Shown in pieces: positions 1 to 9,085 of a stretch of DNA of 20,000 nt. The stretch comes from Psammoneis japonica (taxonomy: Eukaryota), in contig QPGO01000263.1 of the NCBI GenBank assembly GCA_008632985.1, positions 61,916 to 81,915 on the forward strand, in the 5' to 3' direction. A program made the translations under genes and the position numbers. Each line of letters starts with the position of its first letter. The stretch's first letter is position 1. Under the pieces are notes generated by a model, which searched no databases, was not told where the DNA came from, and worked only from the letters and a program-made list of their open reading frames with translations.

Positions 1-45
1 CCTCGAAAGATCCGATCGCCCAAATTCTCCATCTCGGACACGCCC

Positions 46-444
46 ATGTTTTCATGCACCGGATCTTCCATTGAATTTGACGTTGTCGGAAAGCCAATGC
101 CAAAGTCAAGACCAAAGCATGGGTGGAATGGAAATGTTTACAATCCAAACCAAGCTGATGAGAAAGAGTTTGCAAGTGTAGCATCAGATCTCTGCCGATC
201 AAGACTAGATTCAGTGCCAAAGTTCCGTGACGGTGTGTTGTTGAAGGCTCGGATTGAATTTACTTTTCCTGGGAAGAGTCTCAAGGATACAGGAGACATT
301 GACAATCTCTGTAAGTTTGTTTTGGACAGCTTAAACACAGTGTTGTATCAAGATGATTGGCAAGTGTCGCACTTGTCGGCGAAAAAGGTACTTGCTTCGT
401 CCGAATCTGCCGGACGTACAGCAGTCGAATTGAAGCGAATTTGA
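46..444 (+). CDS. rusA: RusA-family Holliday junction resolvase (endodeoxyribonuclease RusA-like)
   Basis: N-terminal VVGKPMPKSRPK motif; catalytic GDIDNLCKFVLDSLN...LYQDDWQV matches the RusA DxDNxxK...DDxQV signature. The frame is open back to position 1, so the true start may lie outside the window. Confidence 0.88.
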   Translation: MFSCTGSSIEFDVVGKPMPKSRPKHGWNGNVYNPNQADEKEFASVASDLCRSRLDSVPKFRDGVLLKARIEFTFPGKSLKDTGDIDNLCKFVLDSLNTVLYQDDWQVSHLSAKKVLASSESAGRTAVELKRI

Positions 445-528
445 AACAAATAATTCTATACGATTATAACAAGCACTGTATCACCTACTCACTTGACGTG
501 TGCCTAGAGTAGTCATGTTTTATTTTAG

Positions 529-792
529 CCCACTTGTGTCGTGAGACAAGCACTTGCTTCGTCTGAATCGGCTGGACGCACGGTCGTCTCTCTGAACCAA
601 ATTTGAAATAGATAGTGTGTTATTTCACTTGGCATGTGCTGTGCCTTACTTTGGTGCACTTCTTTGACTGGCAAGTTGTGGAGCCGTCGGCATGAAAAGC
701 ACACATTTTTCGTCTGAATAGATCGGACGCATGACAATCTGGCGGACGCAAAATCTGGAGTCGTTGCACCGCACCAAATTTGAAATAGACAG
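529..792 (+). repeat. Two degenerate copies of the rusA 3' end
   Basis: About 550-606 translates ALASSESAGRTVVSLNQI* versus rusA VLASSESAGRTAVELKRI*. About 667-792 begins DWQVVEPSA (rusA DWQVSHLSA) and ends in the same aatttgaaa stop context. Confidence 0.8.
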
Positions 793-852
793 TTCCACAA
801 GCTTCTGTTGGTGCAGTAACACACAATTACTTTACATACATTTTACTTTCAC

Positions 853-3276
853 CTAATTCTTTGCATGTGGGTTCACGGGTTTTTTCGGACTAGTTCCAGA
901 AGCTTTGGATACAACCTTTTTCACAAACCCTGCCAAGACGCTCGTTCGCTGCTCGCCGATGGTTGACATGTTCTGATTCTTCTTGTACGCTATAACTCGA
1001 GCACCTAGACCTATGAAGGTAGGCTGTGCTCTTCCCTTCTTCTTGTTATCCAGGGGGCTCTTCATGCCAGCGTCTTCTTCCATCTTTCTCATTTTTTGCA
1101 GGCAAGTGTTTTGCACGGCGTAACAAACATTGTGGAATTCGACGGATGCATGGTCATGAATGCGTGTCGTATGCCACTGGTCTTCCGTCATGACGTGTTC
1201 TAGGAGCTCCATAGCTGCTTTAAACTTCTGTGGCTCTGCTTCACTGTTTGGAAACTTGAGGTGCAAAAGCCGCTCCTTGGATGACGAAGAAAGGTGTCCA
1301 TGCTGCTTGAAGAAACTTAGGCATACATGCAGAGAGATTTTTGCGCCTGTACTGTTTACCAAGCCATCCACTTGCTCCTGCAATGTCAGTTTCTTTTTCT
1401 TTTTGTTTGAAAACTTCTTACTCACAACTCCGGCCGAGAACAGTGTCGCGACAGCGGGAGGTCGTTGCTTTCGCGTGGAGGCCGTGACAGGCTGAGTCGC
1501 AGTGGCTGACTCGTCAGAATCCACACGACGTCGAGAAGCAGCCGGCGCGTCACCATCATCAGCAGCAGTAGCATCAGCATCTGGTGGGCTTGCAGCATAG
1601 GCAGCCACATTGTTGTTTTGAGTGGAGCCGGCGTTTTCATCAATAACGTTGCACTCGATGCCGCCGTCTCGATTGGATATTTTTTCGTCCGCAAAATCCG
1701 TCGTGCTATCTTCCTCCTCCGATGATAGGAGTTCAATATTCCTTTTCTTACTGGACTGATTGGCCTCAAGCTGAGCCATCTCCAAGTTGCGAATCGCGTG
1801 GGCTTGCTCGGAAAGCTCGGTACGTTGTGCATCACACACTGATAATACACGAGACAGTAGCTCATTCTGCTGCTTTATCTGTAAAGCAAGGTTGATGTCA
1901 CTTGAAAGATCCGGGTTGCGGTCTTGAAAGCTAGCGTCTATTTTCTTTCCCCAGATCCGAAGCACTTGTGAGGTGTCAGCCGTGTCACCATCACGAATCT
2001 TCGCTTCTGCTGCAGCACGCTCCAACGTGTACACGATTTGATGGTTTTGACGAAGCTCCTTCGAAACTTCAGCGTGATGCCGAATCATACTAGCCGTGCA
2101 AGAACGCAAGAAGGGACGCAGCTCCCCTCCTTTCAGAAATTGAGCAAGAGAGTCAGAGATCATATACAATTTTTCAATGAGACGTTCAACATCATCTTGT
2201 ACATGGCTCCCAAGGCATTCCAAGTTTGGAGCAAATTTCTTGCCGGCAGTATCATCCCAGCCCATCATCGCGTTTGCCGCTGGAAGAGTGAGCTGCGGTG
2301 TAATTCGTTTGTAAGTCTTGCCATTGGCAGCTCCGGGCGCCCATCCAACTCGAGCGTCCGCTTCTTCAACTGACACTCCTCGATGCGAATTCAAGAATGT
2401 AGCCATACCAACTCGAATAGACTTAGAAGAATAATCGTTCTGTAGAACCGGGTTGACCTTGCTTCGAACAATAGACGTCAACTTAGCGGCAACATGCTTG
2501 TCGCTCACGCTCCACAAGTCTGGAAAAGTGCACTTGTGGAGCTCCTTCTCCATGCTGTCTGGACGATAGAGACCTTTCTCACAAGAATAGAAACACGCGA
2601 AAGCATGGTAGAGATCAAAGAGATAAGACTTTTTGTTTGGTGGGAAGAGGAGTCCACACAAATCCACAGTCTTCGGCTCACACCACGTTGCTTCCAAATT
2701 CTCATAAAATAAATCCCAGAACCATTCATCATACCGTTGATACCTCACTTCCCCTCCACGTCCAGCAGCCATAGCACCCATCAAAATCCAGCAACGCTGC
2801 TGAAGAGGGCCATTGTTCATCATTGGATAATTGCATTGCAGAACAAGAGCAAGAAGCAACGTCTCGATGTCGTTTGCGAATGCACCGTTCTCGCGTCTCA
2901 ACATTGAATTTCTGTCAGACGTAAGAATAGTATTTCGCTGCTTGGCTCGAACATATTCTGAAGACACGTTTGGAACCAGGGGCAAAGTCCTTTTGTCAGA
3001 ATGCTCCATGCTAAGGAGGTTGGCTTTATCAGTGGCCTTTGCCACATCTTTGAACAGAGGCTTGTGCCACTTGTCCTCGTCTTCCCAGTCAGGGTGCTTG
3101 GGGAACTTCATTTTTAGCGCTTCTTTGACCTTTCCAAAAATTCGCTGCTTTCCGTCAATTCCTACTAGCCCGTTGGAGGGATTGTCATGCCGACAGATGG
3201 GCTCATCCGACAAGAACTTGCTGAAGCGCATCATAAGTGTCCTGAGGTGGTATCCATCCACATGACGTTCCTCCAA
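853..3276 (-). CDS. Tyrosine recombinase (Crypton-like transposase), 5' end disrupted
   Basis: Catalytic motifs in YR order: AAGRGGE (R1), EPKT (K), YSSKSIRVG (HxxR box with K for H), RVGW (H/W), KTY (candidate Tyr nucleophile), followed by a coiled-coil/low-complexity C-terminus. The ORF has no ATG start: the frame continues upstream as FDAFQDKKQDKPFHG and joins APSTISGDKSAIKR through a frameshift near 3322, with in-frame stops further upstream. Confidence 0.75.
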   Translation of the reverse strand: MEERHVDGYHLRTLMMRFSKFLSDEPICRHDNPSNGLVGIDGKQRIFGKVKEALKMKFPKHPDWEDEDKWHKPLFKDVAKATDKANLLSMEHSDKRTLPLVPNVSSEYVRAKQRNTILTSDRNSMLRRENGAFANDIETLLLALVLQCNYPMMNNGPLQQRCWILMGAMAAGRGGEVRYQRYDEWFWDLFYENLEATWCEPKTVDLCGLLFPPNKKSYLFDLYHAFACFYSCEKGLYRPDSMEKELHKCTFPDLWSVSDKHVAAKLTSIVRSKVNPVLQNDYSSKSIRVGMATFLNSHRGVSVEEADARVGWAPGAANGKTYKRITPQLTLPAANAMMGWDDTAGKKFAPNLECLGSHVQDDVERLIEKLYMISDSLAQFLKGGELRPFLRSCTASMIRHHAEVSKELRQNHQIVYTLERAAAEAKIRDGDTADTSQVLRIWGKKIDASFQDRNPDLSSDINLALQIKQQNELLSRVLSVCDAQRTELSEQAHAIRNLEMAQLEANQSSKKRNIELLSSEEEDSTTDFADEKISNRDGGIECNVIDENAGSTQNNNVAAYAASPPDADATAADDGDAPAASRRRVDSDESATATQPVTASTRKQRPPAVATLFSAGVVSKKFSNKKKKKLTLQEQVDGLVNSTGAKISLHVCLSFFKQHGHLSSSSKERLLHLKFPNSEAEPQKFKAAMELLEHVMTEDQWHTTRIHDHASVEFHNVCYAVQNTCLQKMRKMEEDAGMKSPLDNKKKGRAQPTFIGLGARVIAYKKNQNMSTIGEQRTSVLAGFVKKVVSKASGTSPKKPVNPHAKN

Positions 3277-3626
3277 TCCGTGAAACGGCTTGTCTTGTTT
3301 TTTGTCTTGAAACGCGTCAAACGTTTGATTGCAGACTTATCGCCACTTATGGTAGAAGGGGCCTAGACGCCTTCATGATTGGCGCCTCAAGGGTCGAAGT
3401 GGGCATGCTGCACGGCTGCTCTGTTGTTGCGGGTGGCTTCTGTGACAGCTGTGTGGCTGCGTCTGCTTTTTTGTGAGACGATATCTCCTCCGTGCCGTGT
3501 CTCTAGTCTCGAACTTTAGCACGGTATCGCAGAAGTCTTGCGGGTGGTGGTGAATCTGATGATGTAAAAATTCTGGCGCGTTTCAAGGTTATGTGTGTAT
3601 ACAGACATGTGATGTTATATTTACAT

Positions 3627-3667
3627 CAACTTTCAGAGAACTTTCGGGTTACTTCTTCTGAAAGTTG
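3627..3667. repeat. Perfect 11-bp inverted repeat caactttcaga-N19-tctgaaagttg
   Basis: Read directly; arms at 3627-3637 and 3657-3667. Confidence 0.8.
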
Positions 3668-3854
3668 CCAAATCTATTCCGGAAAGATTCTTCCTTGTTT
3701 GTGTCGTGCGTGACCGTCGCCGCGATTTTTTCGGTGTAGCTTGTAGAATTAATACCATGATTTTCGTATGTAGATCATTCGTGGATCATGGTACTTTCAA
3801 AATTATTACCAATTCCTACGTACCGGTACACTGTACGTCCTACTACTTCTACTC

Positions 3855-3881
3855 TAGCTACAGTAGCTACTACTGTAGCTA
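3855..3881. repeat. 12-bp stem hairpin tagctacagtag-cta-ctactgtagcta within a CTA/TAG-rich patch
   Basis: Read directly. Confidence 0.8.
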
Positions 3882-4075
3882 CTGGTACCCGGCGGCCTCT
3901 CCTGGCGAAGATTCATAATATTCAGCATAGATATATATTTTGGTCGTCGGAATCGAATATCCAGGCTTTATCGATCTAAAATCCAAAATTCTTTCATGAT
4001 TGACTTTCATCTTTCATGTTGTGGGAGCGAGAATGTTGCGGCACTGTATGACTGTGATTGAATGAACGATGCACC

Positions 4076-4550
4076 ATGGATGCCGACTTCACATCATCCA
4101 CGATGTCGACCTCATCAGGGGCGCACGTCTGTGATGGTGGCAAGTGGCAACACTGCAGCAACGATGTCACAATTGGTTGGCTTTGTCGTTCCGGGTGGGC
4201 AAGTTCGCACCGACTTTTCAAAAGCTGATCTGTCAGGAGCAAAGTTCACCCTGACGCTCACATGCCCTGGAGATTTCCCAGCCCCCATGTCTTCTGTGTC
4301 TGATGTGGTGTGGTTTCTGTTGCCGGGAGCACTGTTGCCACCTCAGCACGGAGTTCTGTGTTGCATTGGCAGTTGGCTGCCGCACCTGGAACAGCACAGG
4401 GTGGTGACATGGGATTTGAATTGCTTCGAGCTCTCACACTGCTCAGACCATCTGTGGTGCCTTTTGCACTGGATGGGCTCAGAATGAACAGGTGCAGAGT
4501 CTTGGGTCACCTGGCAACAACGTGTCATTGCAACCTTGGGGCTTTCAGTC
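4076..4550 (+). pseudogene. Hikeshi/OPI10-family gene, frameshifted 5' fragment
   Basis: Across frameshifts: GFVVPGGQVRTDFSKAD..KFTLTL..VSDVVWFLLPG..LPPQHGVL[C]/WQL..GFELLRALTLLRPS/AF[C]TGW/VIATLGLSV. This follows the Hikeshi N-terminal domain pattern (recognised from memory of the family). No C-terminal domain follows. Confidence 0.7.
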
Positions 4551-5891
4551 ATTGGCTCAAGCAGAAATTCTCTCCATTCAATGTTCAGAAATTCCAGCAG
4601 ATGGAAGACAGACAGTCATTTTACCACCAGCAGCCAGCAGGCATGCACGGGTGGTCTCCGTTGCAATCCAATGTGTGACGATTTGTTGGCCACCATGGGC
4701 ATTGACAGTGACTGTGTTCATTGACAAGTGACAAATGGTGCAGCAGCTTGGACTTTACAGCATTCACTTGGATGCCATGTCACCGCCTAAGATGCTGCTA
4801 AGCTTCAAGTGCCATCCTCAAGCTTCCAGGTCAGAAGGCACACGCACCCTGTTTTGCCAAAAGATTGAAGCTCAATGTCAACAAAGCCGAACTTGGTTTT
4901 GGCAGACATGAGTGTGAAGCAATGTGTCAAGGGGCCTTCCAATCATCTTCATGAGGTTCTGAGGGCTTGCTGTGTTAGAAAAATCAAGGTGAGAAAACCA
5001 TGCCACAGTGAACTTGTTGGAGAAAATGACTGTCCTCATCTCTCACGTTTTGCAACATTGTCTTTTTGGTTGGCTGAAATTCATCATGTTGATGACAGCG
5101 GTGAGCATTTAAGGCTGGAAGTGTCTGGCATGACATTGCCAACACGATGACAGCTGCAAAAAAGGCAACTGCCTGCACACTCATTTGAGTGGGAATGTTG
5201 CTGGGTCTGGTGCACAGCATGTGTTGAAAAAGGCAGGAGCAGGGTTGGGTGATGGCCTCAGTGCTGTGACAGGGGCTCTGGGACAAGGTGTTGAAAATGC
5301 AACAGACAGATTGGGAGCTGGATCAGGTGGTTTGGGGGTCTGCAATGTTGTTGCTGGGGGGTGGGACACAGTGTCGGCAACAAAGTTAAAAGCAGTGAGT
5401 TGCTTGACGTGCCTCAATCTTCATGATCAGTTGATTCAACAACAGCTCATGCTCACAAACTTGTCACATCTACAGTTGGGACAGTGAACCCAGAAGGAAC
5501 AGCCAAAGCAACCCAGCATTGCCAAAGGAACAGCAAGTGCTGAAGCTGTGGATTGATCTTTGCACCATCCAAGCCACTCTCCACCTTGAAAATGCCCTTG
5601 ACAGATTGACTTTGTCCCCTCACAGACTAGCCACAAAATGAGAGAATCCAAAACTCAGCATGGATTCCTTCTTGTCATTTGCGGGACTTGCTGTTCCCTC
5701 CCCCAGTGGTTGGAATGATCAGAAACCCAGCAGCACTTCACAAAAGATCCAGCATTGTGCAAAAGATCTAAAGGTTCACTTCAACTGCAGCACACTGCAT
5801 CAATGCTCTTGCTGTCTCTCCCACTCTCCTGTGCTGGTGCCAGCACTTAATTTTCCATGTTGTGCTTGCTTCATCATCAACTGTGACAAAC

Positions 5892-7093
5892 ATGAGTGTT
5901 GATGAGGTTTCTTCTGAGCCAATGCCAAAGCACAAGAGAAACAAAAACATCTTTGAGCTTGACCTTTGGATCGACCCCGACACCAGAAAGAGTGTCTTCA
6001 CTGATGATCAATTGGACAATGCACTCTCCAAAATTGCATGTGCAGAGTGGGGGTGTCCTCCTGCACAAGAGACAAACTGTTTTGGAAATTCAAGAGGTGG
6101 GAGCTGAGGAAACTGAAGGGTGGGCAATGATGAGTGGCACCCTGTGCATTCAATTGTCAAAGCAAGTGCAGCTGCCACATGGAGATTGTTCAAAATCAAC
6201 CAAACAACAATCAAATGTTCAAGGGATTGATGCACTCTCCAAAACTGCACTTGCAGAGTGGGGGTGTCCTCCTGTGCAGGAGACAAACTGTTTTGGAAAT
6301 TCAAGAGGTGGGAGCTGAGGAAACTGAAGGGCAGGCAATGACGAGTGGTGCATTGTGTGTTTTGTTGTCAAAGCAAGTGCAGCAATTGCCATGTGGAGAT
6401 TGTTCAAAACCAACCAAACAAGAATCAAATGTTCAAAGGATTGATGCCTCATGCAGACAAAATGTGTCTTTCCACAAGAGCCAACCAGCAAAACAACAAG
6501 TCTTGCAAGTCTTTGGCTCACTGTTGCATGCTGAGTTGCATCTGAGTCAATGGCTCTGAAGGGGCCTTTGACAGAATTGGAATCTTGACAAAGATGCACA
6601 GAGGAAGGCCAAGAGGATGCTTTCAAAACAAGCCAAGCAAGTGTTGATGTTGCACCTCACCAATGGAGGGAGTGGAGCAGGCTGGGAATGCATTGTGGAT
6701 GCCCTTGAGGGATGCAAGCATGACTCCATGAATCCTGATGTGCTCAACAAGCACACAACACACCTTTGTGGGGGTGAGCATTTTTGCAACAGCAACACAG
6801 AGTGATTTTATTGTGCTTTTTCTACAGAGAATCTTCTGCTGAATGGACATTGTCAACTTGCATCAGGGCAGGATTTCTTTTTTGCTGTCAACACGTTGTG
6901 CCACCACACACATGAAAAGGCTGGTTTAATGCCAATCAAGGTTGTCAGTTTGAATCAAGAGGGCCACATTGTTGTTTGCAGTGTTGCATCAAATGAAGAT
7001 GAGGAAACCCACAAACTCATCTTTTGGAGTGTCAAAAAGGCAGCAGAAGATGTTGTTCATTGATGTGTTGCTCATGGGGACAGGTGCACTTGG
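5892..7093 (+). pseudogene. Mutator/MULE transposase N-terminal half (WRKY/FAR1-like Zn finger plus first catalytic Asp), decayed
   Basis: C-x-F-x2-QSKC..EIVQ..PH Zn-finger-like segment, then FYCAFSTENLLLNG[HC]Q..FFFAV[N]T[LCHH]T.EKAGLMPIKVVSLNQEGHIVV[CS]V.SNEDEETHKLIF. This reverts to the MULE pattern VDTSY..GL.PI.V...NQ.GH.V.YGV if only CG and TA are restored. D1 codon at 6890-6892. Confidence 0.7.
6020..6444 (+). repeat. Tandem duplication, two units of 211 and 214 bp
   Basis: 6020-6230 and 6231-6444 align end to end (about 90% identical, one 3-nt indel). Confidence 0.95.
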
Positions 7094-7210
7094 GACACAG
7101 CATGATGTACAATGTCGCACAATGTGGCATTGTGCAACACATTCAATTTTGGACCACCCAGTGGGTTGCATTCAATTTTGCACTCCAACCACAAATCTGT
7201 TGGTCAACCT

Positions 7211-8470
7211 TCATGAGTTGATTGTCAGGGCTCCTCTGCACCTTGCAGCCTTTGAATGACCCCGGCCCAATGCTTGGAATGGTCCTTTGCATTCAGTGCA
7301 GGAGGGAAACCCAATGCTGTTCCTTGGCACTTTGCTTTGGCACATGAATGGCAGCACCATGCATGATGCTGGTGTGCATCTGGCATGTGCAAGACATGAG
7401 ACCTGTGTTGATGCCTCATTCCAACAGCTCTTCTGCTGGCATCACTGGCAGCCCATTGTGTGTGAGCATCACATGAAGCTCTTTTGTTGCAGTTCAAGTC
7501 ATGTTGTCTGATGGCAGGATTGGCGTGTGGAATGACTTGATCCAATCTACAACCATTTCACCACTCATGTGTTGAACTTGGTGATGGTTGTTCAAGGGTT
7601 GCGGAGCACCAGTGTCTCACATTGATGCAGCCATCAATTTGTCATGAGATGCTTTTTGCATGCATCAATGTCATCCATGTCAACAACAAGGTCAACCAGA
7701 TCATCAATGCAGTGCTGCCCCCCAACAATGTGTGACCCTCACGGCACATCCACAAGGCCACAGACTCTTGGAATGGCCGCTGCAAAGAAAGAAAAGTGAA
7801 CCCCATTGTTTTCACAATTCATGAGAGTCATGTGCACTTGTTCATAAAAATCCCAATTGTGGATCTCTGGCTTCATGCTTCCACAGAGCAGTGAGTCCTC
7901 TTTGCTGCAGCCGGACAGCAATTTGCAAAGTTTTGGCATGAACGGAGCAACACTTCACTTTTGGCAATTCAAAGCATTCCTGTCATGACAGTTGCTGCTT
8001 TCAACTGCATTGTTGTCATTCAGAATTCCTCCCAAGAGTGGGTTGAAAACATTCCTCTTGATGTGTGTTGACATTTTGTCTCCCCAGCTTTCTGCCCATT
8101 TTTCTGCTGCAATGGGCTCCTTGTGCTTGGTTTTCCATGATTCAAGCATCATTTTCTGCATGGTCAGCACCAGCAAAACGGTGGGGCAAGCTTTGGTGAA
8201 CAACTTGAATTCAACCTGGAGATCACTTCATTTGCTGGTGTCCCTGAAGGGCTTTCTGTTGTTGTCAAACTGCCAGCCAGAAGCATGGAATGAACAAATG
8301 CTGTGAATCCCATCCACTTCCTCTGACCCCCCCACACTGGTCAAGGCATTTGTGGTGACAAGAGCCACATCCTTTTGAGTGACAAGGATGCCTCTGAGCT
8401 CCCACTTGAACTCATCAACATCAGCTCACAGAGGCCCAGCACGCATGTGAGGACTTCATGTGTGACATCG
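7211..8470 (-). pseudogene. Mutator/MULE transposase C-terminal half (D2, CxxH, E, SWIM), decayed
   Basis: In order on the minus strand: GILVTQKDVALVTTNAL (D2 at 8369-8371), ICSFH (CxxH at 8285-8296), NDNNAVESSN (E near 8000), SWIM finger CTC..QHHAWCCH (about 7345-7392, with a frameshift), and a basic KAAR..GAL tail. Confidence 0.75.
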
Positions 8471-8479
8471 CCCAGTGGC

Positions 8480-9085
8480 TGGCATGAGATGAGGACAGAT
8501 GCGGAGCAGGGGTGGAACTGAGTCATGCAGGGAGGGCAAGGAATGGGATTGGGGTTGGGGCCAGCAAGATGGGACTGCAGTTTTGTGGAGCAATGGGTGA
8601 GATGGTCAGCAAGCAATTTGGCTGTTGCAAAGCTGAGGCTTTGAAGGCCTCATTGTGATGGAGTTGAGGTGTGGTGGCGGGTCAAGCTGAAATGTGCAGT
8701 GGATGTGTTTTTCCAACAATTGGCGGTGGCAGTGGGGAGGATGGCAGACAGGGAGCAACTGTTGTGCACAGGTGCATGTGGCATGGGCAGCAGGACATTG
8801 GAAGGAGGATTTGGTGTTCCAAGCATGTGCAGGTGGGGCAGGGACAGGGTGTTGGTGATCGGCTCCAAAAAGGAGGCTGTGTGCAAAGCAGCCGTGGGCT
8901 CCAAAGTGATCGATGGTGAAAGGGATGAAGCAAATGCTGGCATTGTTGAGGGAGGATGCAATGGTGGTTTCATGTGCTGGGTTTTGTGTGTCCCGTTGAA
9001 CTTCCGTTTGGTGCTCACATGGTGTGCCTCAGCACAAGGGTTGAGAGTGAGGGCAGGCAAGCCAGGAGCAGGCAATGGAGGAGAA
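8480..9085 (-). mobile_element. Decayed 3' fragment of a second CRE-like non-LTR retrotransposon
   Basis: Translates PAPGLP..AEAHHVSTKRKFNG / LNNASICFIPFTIDHFGAHGCFAHSLLFG / SAILPTA..W..F..T..TSTPSQ*GLQSL. This is collinear with PPPGLP..TEAHHSSARLKFLG / LDNNGIFLLPFTVDHLGGLGCFAHRLLFG / SAILPSADSAW..FGSTYRTATPSQWATQTL in the 15387-18059 ORF. Confidence 0.85.

Larger units (their letters stand above)
1..3670. mobile_element. Putative tyrosine-recombinase DNA element carrying rusA (ends not defined)
   Basis: Convergent intronless rusA and YR genes about 410 bp apart; 11-bp inverted repeat upstream of the YR gene. Membership in one element is inferred from adjacency only. Confidence 0.45.

Noticed and set aside
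4555..5860. Decayed segment with a Pro-rich stretch and possible Zn-finger remnants on the minus strand (HCPNCRC, ALNAHRCHQH)
   Set aside because: Could be a retroelement N-terminus, but Cys/His are inflated by the mutation bias and no motif was convincing.
6020..6444. Repeat considered as a CRISPR array or LTR pair
   Set aside because: Two adjacent 211/214-bp units with no spacers or internal domain; a simple tandem duplication inside a transposase remnant.
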